Positions 26,795-39,914 of a stretch of DNA of 64,000 nucleotides are shown piece by piece. The notes below the pieces were generated by a model that did not search any database, had not been told where the DNA came from, and saw nothing but the letters and a program-made list of their open reading frames with translations. Positions within the stretch are counted from its first letter, which is position 1. Every line of letters starts with the position of its first letter. Source of the DNA: Lama guanicoe (Eukaryota); contig PNXV01005434.1 of NCBI GenBank assembly GCA_013239625.1, forward strand, positions 124,001-188,000, given 5' to 3'. A program made the position numbers and the translations under genes.

Positions 26795-27739
26795 ATGACT
26801 ACCTTAAACCACACTGGTGTTAGCCACACAGTCTTCCGCTTGCTGGGCATCCCCGGCCTTGAGGACCTGCACATGTGGATTTCCATCCTATTCTTCATTT
26901 CCTATGTCTCTACCCTATTTGGAAACAGTCTGCTCATCTGCATTATCCTCACGAAGCGCAGCCTCCACAAGCCCATGTACCTCTTCCTCTGCATGCTGGC
27001 CGGAGCAGACCTTGTCCTCTCCACGTGCACAGTACCTCAGGCCTTGGCCATCTTCTGGTTCCATGCTGGGGAGATCTCCCTGGATCGCTGCATCACTCAG
27101 CTTTTCTTCATCCATTCCGCCTTCATCTCTGAGTCAGGGATCTTGCTGGTGATGGCGTTTGACAGCTACATTGCCATATGCTACCCACTGAGATACACCA
27201 CTATTCTTACACACACACTGATTGGAAAAGCTGGTGTGACTATCTTTCTGAGAAGCTATGGCACAATTTTCCCCATAGTATTTATTTTGAAAAGATTGAC
27301 TTTCTGCCAAAATAATATTATTCCACACACCTTTTGTGAGCATATTGGTTTGGCCAAATATGCTTGTAATGACATTCGAGTGAACATCTGGTAGGTGTTT
27401 TCTATCCTAATGTTCACAGTGGTTTTAGATGTTATGCTAATTTTTGTTTCCTACGTGCTGTTTCTCCATGCTGTCTTTCACATCCCATCCCAAGATGTGC
27501 GTAAGAAGGCTCTCAACACGTGTGGCTCCCATGTCTGCATCATTACCCTGTTTTATGGGCCTGAAATCTTCACAACCTTTACTCAGAGGTTTGGACGCCA
27601 TGTTCCACCTCATATCCACATCTTGTTGGCTAATGTCTGCATTCTGGCTCCACCTATGCTGAATCCCATCATTTACGGGATCAAAACCAAAGAAATCCGA
27701 GAGCAGGTGGCTCACATGCTGTTTATAAAGCAGAAATAA
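26795..27739 (+). pseudogene. OR52B4-like olfactory receptor with one premature stop (TAG 27392-27394)
   Basis: Two abutting in-frame ORFs give a full-length 7TM OR (314 codons): [56 protein letters not shown]. The expected W-Y-G reads TGG TAG GTG. Confidence 0.9.
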
Positions 27740-28204
27740 CTGTAGTATGAAATGTGAGTATTCAAAATCTCTAGCTATCTGTGAAGAGATCTTGCAGAAG
27801 TGGTGGATGGGAAGGGTCACAGCTGAAACACTGGGAAATAGCTCAGTGTGTTCTGTCTCTGGAGCAAGTTCACTAGAGAGGTCACAGGACTTACTTTTCC
27901 ATTGTCAAAGCCACCTGAGAGAGCAGTGCCATATTCGAGTGAGCAAGCTACCTCCTGCAAAGACGCTGGAACACTGTGGGTTGATTTTTAGAAGTTGTAA
28001 ATGACACCAGCATGACCTTCAGAATTAGATGAAGTAAGAGCAGTGCTCTGGCCTGGAATTTTGTTTTAGTCCTATAATTGATTCGTTGGTGGTGAAAATC
28101 CAGCTCGGTACCCACTGGAATTTTAATTTTGAATTCTGATTGCTTTCCTGGTCTTTTCCTGAAAACAGAAAAAAATTAGAAGCAACTCACAGGCTTCATA
28201 ATCT

Positions 28205-28223
28205 TGTCAGCAGAGGGCGCCAT
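28205..28223 (+). promoter_or_regulatory. Candidate CTCF site
   Basis: TGTCAGCAGAGGGCGCCAT closely fits the CTCF core consensus CCASYAGRKGGCRS. Confidence 0.45.
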
Positions 28224-30129
28224 TTCTAGCCTCAAGAAGCTCTTTTTAAGACCACGAACTTTTTTCTCTTTATTTGATTTTTTTATGTTATGTAATTTTT
28301 AAAGGTTATACTCCATTTACAGTTATGGAAAATACTGGCTATATTCCCCATTTGTACCATACATATTTGAGGCTATTTTACACCCGATAGTTTGTGCCTC
28401 CCACTCCTCCTTCCCTATACTGCTCACCTCCCAGGCCGTGTCATCCATACTCTGCATGCGCTTCTGCCCTGTCTTGAGATAACCTCCATCAGCTTGTGGA
28501 AAACTCTTATTTCCCTTTTCATACCAATTCTCATCTCGTCTCCTTTGTGATAATTTCTCTAACCACAACTCTTTCTTTTTTAATACTTATTTGATTAAAA
28601 ATCTGTATTTCTTTGAGGAAACATTAGAAAAAAGACAACATAAGATGGAACTCATGAACCCATAAACGTACAGCCCTCAGCAGTTTTATCATTAAAAATG
28701 TATTTTCTAGAGCTGCACATTTATATCTATGTGCTTACATATCTATGTCCACCTACATCTGTATTGCTGTATCTGCCTGGAAACTATTATCATATGATAC
28801 ATATATAAGCATGAACCATACCACATGTATCACACTACGTATATGGCGTGTAGCTAACTTTTCCTCACCGTACATTCTTGATGTTGTTTGTTTCCAATAT
28901 ACATAAATTTGTATAATCAATTACCATGTCTATACAGTATTTCATTGCAAGGTTCTTTTCCATCATCTCTAAAAGACAAGGATGCCATCTTGTATTCCTG
29001 GGGGCTTAGGACTGTGCTGGGTCATAATTAGGGATGTGATATCCATAATGGAAAGTTTGGGTGGGCTCAGGGGAATCTCAAGGCACCCTGTGGTGCTCAG
29101 AAGTCTCTCAACTCTGGGAAGCTGAGACTTTCATTGAAATAGACAGAGGATTTGCACTCATTTGTAAAAGACTTTTGTGATCTGTTTGGCCTAAGGACGA
29201 TGTTTGGCAGTCACTTGATCCTGACTCCGATCCCAGATCCAGTTTTCGTTGTTCGTTTGTTTTTCACATTTCAGCACCCCCTACTCTCCCACCTCCACAG
29301 TGCCTCTCCCAAGCTATGCACCTTTCCAGTTTAGGTGATTCTCATCTTTTCTCCCTCAAGTGAGAAGAGAACAGTTTTTCTTGAATGGATTGCTTTTCAA
29401 CTGAGATCCTACAGGTAAGATACTATATCCTAAATATTTGTTACTCTTGAAAATATTGGAGACTTAATAACAGAGCTCATATTGTCCTCAAATTGGGAGG
29501 GGGGCACCTCATAGTACATTAATGAACATTAATTATCTTTCTACCAGATATTCTTTCATGCCACTTAGTAATCTTTAACAAACTCATACAAGTTTAGAAT
29601 ATTTACATTTATTGTGGGATATGACTGTATCTTTGCTGTTGAATGTTTTATAAACAATCTAAAAATACAGTTGGCATCTGTGGCCCTCACTCATTTCGGA
29701 GACCTCAGATTTTCCTCTTTAGGTAAGTGTGCCATTTGGACCTCCTGAGTACAAAGTGTTCAAAGGGTCTCCTTCACTGACTGGTGGGCTGGAGTTCTGA
29801 AAGTCTACACCGTGCTGCGCTGGCTATATAAGCGAGCAGGACCCTATTACTACTGGTGACCATATGGCATTTGTAACTGCTTAATTGTACAATAGTTTGA
29901 ATGGCTTTTCTCATGATCTTGCTGACCAGGGTTAGACTGAAGAGGAGAAGGGCTTGGGTGGTCTGCCCAACCCACTGGTGGTGTTGTATGTGGAGATCAT
30001 GGGCAGTGCCTGTGTTTTGCTCCCTACACCTCAGAAAAGGCAAGTGGGTGTTTTGTGCATCTTGTTGTTCATAAACTTGCCCTAACATGTCTGCAGCTAT
30101 TTTTAGCCCCTTGTGCTTTCTCTGTATTC

Positions 30130-30594
30130 TGTTGCTGGAAGTGTAGGTTCCAGCCTGCAGCAAGAAGTCTCAGGCCTAAAATGCTGGAAGTGTTTATCAA
30201 CCTGACTTTCAACTGCACAAGTTTTTCTCTAGAGCACTTTTCCACAGACCTTCTTCCTATGTATCCTTTGCCCTAAGTACAAGAATATTAAGAGAGTCCC
30301 TGGAGGTGATCTTCACACCCAGCAGAGGGAAGGGGACCACTACATCTACAAAAATGAGAACAACCTTTGCAACAATTTATTACCCTGTATACAATCCTTA
30401 TGGAAACTAGCTCTGCCCCTTGAGCTCTTGAACTTTTACTATAAAACCCCCTGCTTTATCTTCCCAGCAGGCTCACAGTCTTGGAGGCATTAGCTCACTG
30501 TGACCTCCTTTGCCTGCCTTTTCTACTTCATCCAAAACTCTGTCCTCGAATCTCAATTCAGTAAGAGGGCTAAGGACGTCGAGTTCTGGCAACA
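30130..30594 (+). mobile_element. ERV1-class solo LTR
   Basis: Inverted termini TGTTGCTGGAA...TTCTGGCAACA, TATA-like tataaaa near 30439, R/U5-like ctcacagtcttggaggcattagc...cctttgcctg. Confidence 0.65.
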
Positions 30595-31848
30595 GTTGGC
30601 CCTACCAACAGTATCCTCCGGCCCCTTCCCGTCTGAGTTATTCACTCCCAAAGTACCACTCCATGGTGTCACAAGTGGAGGCCACTGCAGCCCCATGTGG
30701 TCCTCCATTAAGCTGGGGCAGCAATCTCAGTTCGGGGAGCTATCCCAGCCTCTTACTGTCTCCAAACTGCTGTCCTCTCTCCTATGGGCGGATTGGCTCT
30801 TAGAAAGAATACAATAGCATATAGAAACATAAAAATAAATTCCAGTAGAAGGTGTGATGATTTTACACACACCAAAAAACAAGGCAAATGTTGCACAAAC
30901 AGCGAGTGAAACTGTGAAGGAAAAGTAGTTCATTAAAGATAATTAAAATATTTTTTAAAATATTACACATTATATAATTAGTTATACACATAAAATTACA
31001 CAATATACATTAGTTCTATGCTAATAAGTTTTAGAATCTCTGTGAAGTAATTCTGTGAAAAATAAAAAAGTCTAACATTCAGAAAACAACCAGAGAGCTT
31101 CCTAATAAGATAAACATTTAAAAATGTACACAGTTATCTTCCATGTGCATAGCGCCTCATGCATGGTGATACTTGTGGAGGTCCAGGCTTCTGAGTCATT
31201 TGTGAAGTAGAGGCTCATAGACAACACAGCCTTGCTGGACCCTGCTCTCAGAGTGTGGACACTGTCAGGAAATGACGGGAGTTAAGCCAGAGGAATCTGG
31301 GAAAGCTGACATTGAACTCCTGCACTGGTGTCTCCTGGTGTTTGTCATCATCCTCCAAGTAATTCCTCTCTGCCTGAGTCTGGACATCGTGATATTTTCC
31401 CACCTCTTGTGACCTCTCATCTGTTTACCTAGAGCTCCAAGTACAATACCATGGAATTATATGCAGCTTCTGGATGCACCAAACTCATTTAATCTTCCAT
31501 CCAGGCCATTTCTGTCTCCCCAAAGCACAGCTCAGCTTAGAGTGGTGCACCAGAAGAAATCCTGATACCTGAAGATTAGTTTCCAAAAGTGGCATTTTTT
31601 TCTCCTTTTAACATCTTATATGTTAGTAGATGGTTGCTAAGAAAATTACAGAAATGTGGCAAAGTCATAGCAGAGTTGCAACCCCATAAAGAAATGAGAT
31701 AAAAGAAAATAGAAGGGGGAAAAAAACAAGGAAACAAAATTAGTGATAAAAAAAATTGGATGTCACATATACAGAACTGACAGACAAGACTAAGATAATA
31801 TGCACACACAAAGTAATGATTAACAAATCTGTCTAATGGTTTACTATC

Positions 31849-31885
31849 TGGAAGGCAGCTATGCTCACCACTAAACCACCAATGC
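31849..31885 (-). pseudogene. Tailless retropseudogene of the 5' half of tRNA-Gly(TCC)
   Basis: Reverse complement GCATTGGTGGTTTAGTGGTGAGCATAGCTGCCTTCCA, ending just after the anticodon. Perfect 17-bp TSD taatggtttactatctg at 31834-31850 and 31889-31905. Confidence 0.8.
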
Positions 31886-32867
31886 CTTTAATGGTTTACT
31901 ATCTGAGTGACATAAATTACCAATATTGAACTAAAGAGGAAAAAACCTAAATAGAAGAGTGACAACTGACTCCTTAGAAGTGGCCAAAGGGAATGTCCAA
32001 ATATAATGGGTACAGATATTCTTATGAGAAAGTTGTTAAAACTTTAATCATTTTTAAAATTGTTTTTCTGCTTGAGACTTATCCTTGGTCCCCAAGCATG
32101 AGTCAGATGATGGAAGAGGGCAGATGGGATAACTGAACCTTGAAAAATGGTTTCCAAAAGTGGCACCCTTTCTTATGTAACTAACATGTTCTACAGGGGC
32201 ATAGGAGACCAGGACTTCCCTGATGAATATAGCACAGAAAATTAATCCATCAATTTATTTTCCTCATGAAAACAGAGCATACTCTGCATGGAGACACACA
32301 GTGCTGGAATGATCCTGTGCCCAAAAAGGGTGGTGACATCTGACAGGTTCACGGTTATTCCCCATCAGGTGTGGTTTCAAGGTTACCCCAGTTTCAAAGC
32401 AGCCCTTCCTCTCCAGGGCCCAAAGGGTCCAATTCACCCCTTAAAGTCAGTGGTCCTCAACCTCAGCTTCACATAAGAATCATCTGGAAAACCTCCAATT
32501 TTCTTTGATAATTAATTTTATTGAGGTACATGTTACAGGCAATAACATGCACCCTTTTAGAGTGTAAAGTATGATGAGTTTTGACCAACTTTTACACTCC
32601 ATAATCAAGATTTAGAAAACTTCCGACACTCCAAAAAGTCCCCCAGCTCCTTTGTAGTCAGCTCTTCTCAGTACCCTCCATCCCTCCTCCACTCAACTCC
32701 CATCTCATGGTGGTGGTGGCGCCGGGTTTGGTGGGGGCAAGTGGGACATTGGACAGGAAGGGATGATTCCAGCTGGTAGACTGACTGAGGGCCTGTGCAC
32801 CACCGTGAAAGTGGTAGGAGATGCTCGATGCCTACCTGGCTGGCCTGGGAACCAGAGAGGGTCAAAA

Positions 32868-33054
32868 CAGAGCCTCTCAGCCTCAGCACTACTGGCATCT
32901 TGGACAGGTTACTTTGTTGTGGGAGCGGCCCTGCACCTTGTAGAAGCGTTAGCAGTAGCTCTGATCTCTGCCCACTAGATGGCAGTAGCATCCCCCGCAA
33001 CTAAATTTTTCTCAGCCCACCTCCCCACTCCCGCCCCGCCCTTGAGAACCACGG
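32868..33054 (+). mobile_element. MER20 remnant carrying a CTCF motif (32971-32986)
   Basis: ctcagcctcagcactactggcatcttgg...gttagcagtagc...CCACTAGATGGCAGtagca...ttgagaaccac. Confidence 0.7.
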
Positions 33055-33153
33055 GGTTAAAGAATTACTTTCTTCTCTCCAGTGGCCCGAAGGGACTGCA
33101 GCCCGTGTGGCCCAGTTCTCCTTCCCCTTTCCTCTTCCCGCCAGCCCCAAGAA

Positions 33154-33222
33154 TTTTACTTTCACTTCTTATCCAGCTCCTCCCCGGGGAGGGACTGCTT
33201 CATGTAGACTGAGCCCCGCTTG
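33154..33222 (+). promoter_or_regulatory. TRIM34: Putative TRIM34 promoter: IRF-E/ISRE and non-coding exon 1 donor
   Basis: TTTTACTTTCACTTC (GAAGTGAAAGTAAAA on minus) at 33154-33168, followed by TG|GTGAGT at 33222/33223. Exon 2 acceptor is at 34012. Confidence 0.6.
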
Positions 33223-34075
33223 GTGAGTACATTCTGAGCTTGCCGGCCACTGGCCTTCCTTCACCGTTTGAACCAGGAGTCAAGACTTCTCTGTGGCCTG
33301 AAGGTGTGTGAGGAGGCTCATGGGGGCGCACAGGGTGGGACACTCTGCGACAGGACTAGGTGGAGTTAGGAGGGTGTCTTTTGTGGCCCAGACTTGCTCT
33401 GAAGGGCAGACAAGCCAGCTTTGCAGACTTCCGGCTCCGAGTGCAGACAGATGACAGCCCCGAGTTTGGGTAAGGGCGCCCTGAGTTTTTCACTCCCGAA
33501 AGAAGGGAGTGTGGAAGAGGCAGAGGGCCTTGTTTCCTTCCTGAAGAAGCCTTTATTCCTCCAGGCTGACTCTCAAGTCCGCCCCCATCTCCTCCCTGCT
33601 CTGTGGCCTTGATTGTCGACGTTGCTGAGAGAAACTGGAACCAGTGCCACCCACCCTCCGCCTCTCTTTCTCTCTCCTTTCTCTCTCTCAAAGGGATGAA
33701 CAGAACGTTCCTTCTCTTCTTCCCACCTCACGTCCTCAGAAGAAAAGCAGGTGAAAGAAGTCCCTGTTTTCCAAATGTGTTAAAGCCCCAGGTCCTAATC
33801 CGGAGCGCAGGACTGAATGGCGACTCGGGGGCGTGATCAGGGGCGTGTTGAAGCGGGTTCGTTCCCTCCATTTCTGCTTTTTTTCTGTCTTCTTTTTTTT
33901 GTTCTTCAATATTTCAGTCTTAACCAGTCTTTAATGTCTACACAGTTAAAACTTTTTTTTTTTTATCTGTGCCATTCTTAGACATCTCTTTTCAATCTGC
34001 CCATCCATCCAGGAATCTTTAAGCAAGAAGAATCTCAGGAATTCTGACAGGAAGAAGCCAGAAAAAGCAGCTGCT

Positions 34076-37000
34076 ATGGCTTTAAAAATGCTGGTGAATT
34101 TACAGGAGGAGGTGACCTGTCCCATTTGCCTGGAGCTTTTTACAGAACCCCTAAGTCTAGGCTGTGGCCACACCTTCTGCCAAACCTGCATCGCTGACAG
34201 CAAGGAGGCAGACACCAGCCCTGGAGGGGAAAGCAGCTGTCCTGTGTGTGGCATCAGGTTCTCCCCTGGAGACCGCTGGCTTAATCAGCATGTGGCCAAG
34301 ATTGTGGGGAGACTCAGAGAGGTCAAATTGAGCCCAAAGGAGGGGCAGAAGAAAGATCTCTGTGTGCAACATGAGAAGGAACTCCTGCTCTTCTGTAAGG
34401 AGGATAAGAAGGTCATTTGTCGGCTTTGTGAACAGTCTCAGAAGCACCATGGTCACCACATATTCTTCACGAAGGAGGCAGTCAAGGAATGTCAGGTAGG
34501 GCCCAAGATGGAAGCTAGTACTTGTTGGAAAATCTCATCTTTCCATTTACTCACCTTGGCACCATAGTACTGAGCCCTGTAATCTTCTGCATATTTCTTA
34601 CCTTATGCTCAGCTTCCAGTTCCATAAAAGAGACGCCTAGAGTCAAGATTCTTGGCTAAGAGTGAGAGATTTCTTTCCCTTTTTCACCTTTTCTTGTACG
34701 GATGGGAAATTCCTTCACCAGGTTGGCCCTAATTGCTCCTTCCAGCAGAAAGGATGCTGCTGAACATTGTGGACTGGACATGAAAAGTGTCAATAAAAGA
34801 AAAGGACTTTCCTTGCTGCAGCAGAGTCAATACTTCCCCTAAGGAAAGAGCAACTCATGATAATACGCTTAGTGAGGGGGTAGTGACTTCCAGCACTCAG
34901 CAATAAAGAATACATTTACCTGCTCAAATTTTTCCTCATGTCATAGATTCTAACCATCAGATTGGAGTCAGTTTCTGTAAACTGATCTCTTGAGATCAGT
35001 GTGGTTTCTTTCCTGTTTATTCTCTGTCCAGTTGCTGAGAAAGCCCATAGCTTGATGCTGGTGTGATTCCTCTCCCATAGGAGATGCTCCAGGCAGCTCT
35101 GAAGAGGCTGAGGAAGGAGCAGCAGGAAGCTGAGAAGTTGGAAGCTGACATCAGAAAAGAGAGAACTTCCTGGAAGGTGGGAAAAGACTCTTTCTAAGGG
35201 ATTTCTGAGATAGGAATCTTGACATGACCTTCTGTCTGAATCACGAGGAAGCCCCTTCCTCTTGTTGCCTGGCATTGAATGAGTCCAGAGGCCATTTTAT
35301 TAGGTCTCTCCTTTGTCCCGTCCCTGTTGGGAGTCGGGGCTGGAGACCTGATATGTTACAAGTACACACACAGATATTTGGAATTGAGCATAAAGACAGA
35401 CTCTATGGTGAAGAAATCTGGACAGTTCTGTCTTCCATTCCTCTTTTCCAATGAGGCTCTGACACCTCCAGGAGAGGGCAATGAACAAAGGACCGAGATT
35501 CTTCTCAAGGTTCAACCTTGGGAATATGGTAATACAGGGAGGCATGAGTGTCCAGGACAGCTGTCTACAACCTAAACCTCACTCAGGTTTTACAATTTTT
35601 GTCCCAGAGTTGGCCTAGATAAGAGATTTTGGGTTTGTACTAAAGGGAAAAATATAGGGAAAACAAACAAGCAAAAAAACAACAACGGCTTTCCCAAAGA
35701 TTGCGCACCTGCTTTCACTCCCCTCCTGGTTAGAAGTCTTTGAAGAAATACTTATTTTTCTGGCTCCTACTCTGTTGCATAGTGTAGGCTCTCAGGCTCG
35801 CAGATTCATTACTGCTCTGTCTTGTCCAACTTTGCAGCATCAGACACAGACTGAGAGACAAAGGATACGAACAGAATTTAATCGACTTAGAAGCATCCTG
35901 GACGGTGAGGAGCAGAGAGAACTGCAAAAACTGGAGGAAGAGGAACAGAAGACACTGGATAACTTGGCTGAGGCTGAGGCTGAGCTGGTCCAGCAGAGCC
36001 AGTTGCTGAAAGAGCTCATCTCAGATCTGGAGCGTCGCAGTGAATGGTCAACAGTGGAGCTGCTGCAGGTAAGGAGGGTCACCCGACCTGAAATTCTTAA
36101 AACGCAGTGTAAGTTACCTTCTCCTCTGTGTCCTTGGGCTCTAATCCTGTTGTTGACACTAAGAGATTTCTCTGGCCTTGTAGAGAGCCTCCTTTGCCGT
36201 CCATTCTCAAGGTCATGGGATGACTGAATGTAAGCATTCCAGGGAAGTGTCTCATTCTTATTCTTTCATGAAGCAAGGGAATACATTTGACCTTAAAGAG
36301 AAGAGTCATGGTGGCCAGTAATGTTCTTTAGATCCCTATTATCTTTTCTCTAGTGTTGGAAATTTGTCCAGTTTAACTTCTTCTTTTTCAGTATAGATGG
36401 TTTTTATTTTTTTCTTTGCCTAATTCCTTTGACTAGAACCTCTAGCACCATGTTGAATAGAAGTAGTGAGAGCAGACATTTTTGTCTTGCTCCTGATCTT
36501 AGAGAAAATGCACTCAGCTTTTTACCACTAAGTATGATGTTAACTGTGGGATTTTCACAGATGCCTTTATTAGACTAAGAAAGCTCCCTTCTATTCCTAG
36601 TTTGTTATTATTATTCTTGTTTTGTTTAGGGTGCTGTATTTGTTAAATACTTTTTTCTGTGTCTATTGAAATCATCATGTCGCTTTTTGTCTTTTGTTTT
36701 ATTAATATGATGCATTAAATTGATTGCTTTTCTCATATTAAACCAACCTGGCATTTCTGGGATAAATCTGACTTGACCATAGTATATAATCTTTTATGTT
36801 TTGCTGGATTAAATTTTCTAGTGTTTTGTTGAAAAAGTTTGTGTCTATATTCATAAGGATTATTGGCCTGTAGTTTACTTTTCTTGTGATATCTTTGTCT
36901 GGTTTTAACATCAAAATAATTTTGGCCTCATGGAATGAGTAGGGAAGTGTTTCCTCCTCTTTCAATTTCTGGAAGAATTTGTGAAGTATTTGTGTTATTT

Positions 37001-39914
37001 TTTCTTTAAACTCTTAGCAGAATTCACCTGTGGAGCCATCTTGGCCTGGCCTGGACTTTTCTTTGGAGGAAGTTTTTGATTTCCAGTCCAAACTCTACAT
37101 GTTTTAGATCTATTCAGATTTTTTCTATTTCTTCTTCTTGAATCAGTATTCATGGTTTCTGTGTTTCTGGGAATTTGTCCACTTAATCTAGGTTATTTAA
37201 TTTGTTGGTGTACAATCGTTCATAGCTTTTATAACCTTTTAATTTCTGTTGAGTCAGTAGTAATATCTCTTCTTTCACTCCTTATTTTAGTAATCTGTCT
37301 CCTCTTTTTTCTTGGAATATCTAGCTAAAGGATTGCCAATTGTGTTGATATTTTTAAATAATTTACTTTTGAATTCCCTGATTTTTTCTAATATTTCTCT
37401 ATTCTTTCTTTCATTAATCCTTCTGTACTATTCATTCTCCTTGACTCAGATTTTCTCTCTCCTTCCTAGGACATGAGTGGAATCATAAAATGGTGCGTAT
37501 GGGTGACCAGAAGTGGTGAGTGGCGCTTTTATGGTATGAAGAAAGTTTTGAAGCCATGACAGTTATCTGGTGGTCAATCAGAATGAAAAATCTCCCCAAA
37601 CAAGGAAGTTTTGATGTAGTATTATGTTAAATTGCTAGTCATAGACGAGGATTCAGGTATTCACTCTTTAGTGAGAATGTGGACCAGATTCTGTATTAGT
37701 AAATCTGGTGGTTGGAATTTACAGGTTTAGGGCTGTAAGGATTAGGGGATAAAGGATTTCACTATCAGACTCCTGTGGCTTCACTCATTCAATTCTCCCT
37801 CTGTCCTTGCTCTGATTTCTGTATTTCACAGATACTTGTCTTATCACGCTATGTCATGGGAGCATCTTTTTAAATATTTATTTTGCATAAATGGGAATAG
37901 AGAAGGACAAGGTCATTCTACAAGTTTCTCTTTAGAGTTCTAAAAGCAGACCTGAGCCTTGGGGTTAGTGGTTTTGACCTTGATGCCAATAATTAATCTC
38001 TTCCTATTCACACTTTAGAAGTTTATTTGGGAAAGTGTAACCCTTGTGTCTAAAGTTTGCCAGTCCACCTAGCAGCACCAAATTCTTTACAAACACATGA
38101 AGTTCTAACCATTTTAGTTTGGTAATGATAACATCTCCTTTGCCAGAAGTTTTTAACTTTTTCCCAGAACACCTGAAAACTTAAATGTTGTTTCTGGGCC
38201 ACAGCTCTGGAATTAAGGCTTTCCACTAGGGCACAGGTTCATAGGCTCTCCCTACTGATCTCCCTGGGAACCCAGATCTATGGTCCCTTCCTGGGAGACC
38301 CATTGTGATCTGATGATTTTCCACATATTACATACCTTTTGTAGAGGTTGCAAAGTCATTTCCTGTGTATTATTTCATCGAATTTCATACTACTTCCATG
38401 AGGTATCAAGGGAAGGGTTAATTATTCCATTTCTAGAAGAAGACACTGTTTCTTTGAGGTGAAGATCCTCCTAAGTGGGCAGGTGGACATGAGCACGTTT
38501 CTTCTGTCTTGTGTCAGAGCCCTCACTTCTCCCATCCTCAGTCTTCTCAGGGAAGAGGTTTAAGTGCATCAGCGGTATGGAAGGAGAGGAAGGCAGTGGT
38601 CTTGAAAGGAGGCAAGTTAAGAGATGTAAGGTCAACATTTTTGTCATCCCTAGGAGTGAGATCTGGACACTGAAGAAGCCAAAAACTGTTTCCAAGAAAC
38701 TGAAGAGGACATTCCGTGCTCCAGATCTGAGCGAAATGCTTCACGTGTTTAGAGGTGAGGAAGTCAGGGCAGGAGTGTGCATGTGGGATTCTTGTGGTGC
38801 CAGGGACTAAATTTGGGACCTGAAATATTTCCAAGTGAGTACAAAGAAGGAGGGTGTTCAGAGAAGGGATTTTGCTGAAGAAGATGTGGTTATAACTGAG
38901 GAAGAATGGCTAGATACCTGGTTTATCCGCTCGTTCACCAGTTCTTAGTTTCACAATAGTCCCCTCCCCTGTGCCTGCTCTAGAGAAGAAACCGTTATCA
39001 GTGCTTAATCACTTGTGTCAAATAACATCATTGAATCTTTTATCATTTCAGAGCTAACACATGTCCAGTGCTACTGGGGTAAGAAGATTTACTGGGTCTT
39101 CAAATCACTGTATTCTGATTCCCTTTTAGAAGTTTGTGGTTTCAATTAGATCTTATGATCATAGCCCCATGTGCTCACTTCTCCGGATGATATATTTGTG
39201 CAGTACATCACTCCAATGTTTTAACTCCTTTCCCCAATCTATCAACACAGGTTCTGCCTAGTCACTTCCCAAGTTCCCTTTTCACAATGTTACTGGATAA
39301 ATTTACTGTATATTTGTGGCATGCTTTCATATTTTTTTTTCTCTGCAGTGGACATCACACTGAATCCATTCAACTTAAATCTGAATCTTGTCCTTTCAGA
39401 AGATCAGAGACAAGTGATAGCTATGCCTATATGGCCAGTGAAGTATTACAATTGTGGTATCTTGGGCTCACAGTATTTCTCCTCAGGGAAACACTACTGG
39501 GAGATAGATGTATCCAAGAAGGCTGCCTGGATCCTGGGGGTATACTGTAGAACACGTTCCCATAGTGTAAAGTTTGCTGCTGGACGAGGCACAGATCATC
39601 AAAATGTTTACTCCATATACAGACCTCAATTTGGCTACTGGGTTATAGGGTTGAAGGATAAATTTAAGTACAAAGCCTTTGAGGACTCTTCCACCTCTGA
39701 TCTCAAAGTCTTGACTCTTTCCATGGCTGTTCCTCCCCGTCGTGTTGGGGTTTTCCTAGACTATGAAGCAGGCACTGTCTCATTTTTCAATGTCACAAAC
39801 CATGGGTCACTCATCTACAAGTTCTATAAATGTGGCTTTTCTCAGAATGCTTATCCATATTTCAACCCTTGGAACTGTCCTGCTCCCATGACCCTGTGTC
39901 CTCCAAGTCCCTGA
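34076..39914 (+). CDS. TRIM34: TRIM34, RING/B-box2/coiled-coil/SPRY, 487 aa
   Basis: Exons 34076-34495, 35081-35176, 35838-36068, 37470-37492, 38654-38754, 39052-39078, 39349-39914 (1464 nt, open, canonical splice sites). [32 protein letters not shown] and [15 protein letters not shown] are diagnostic for TRIM34. Confidence 0.93.
36310..37410 (-). mobile_element. LINE-1 ORF2 fragment in TRIM34 intron 4
   Basis: ORF 36738-36965(-) [39 protein letters not shown] corresponds to the L1 ORF2 region just before the RT core. Confidence 0.85.

Noticed and set aside
29690..30800. Possible ERV internal (gag/pro) sequence around the 30.1 kb LTR
   Set aside because: No convincing motif could be read by eye; needs an HMM search.
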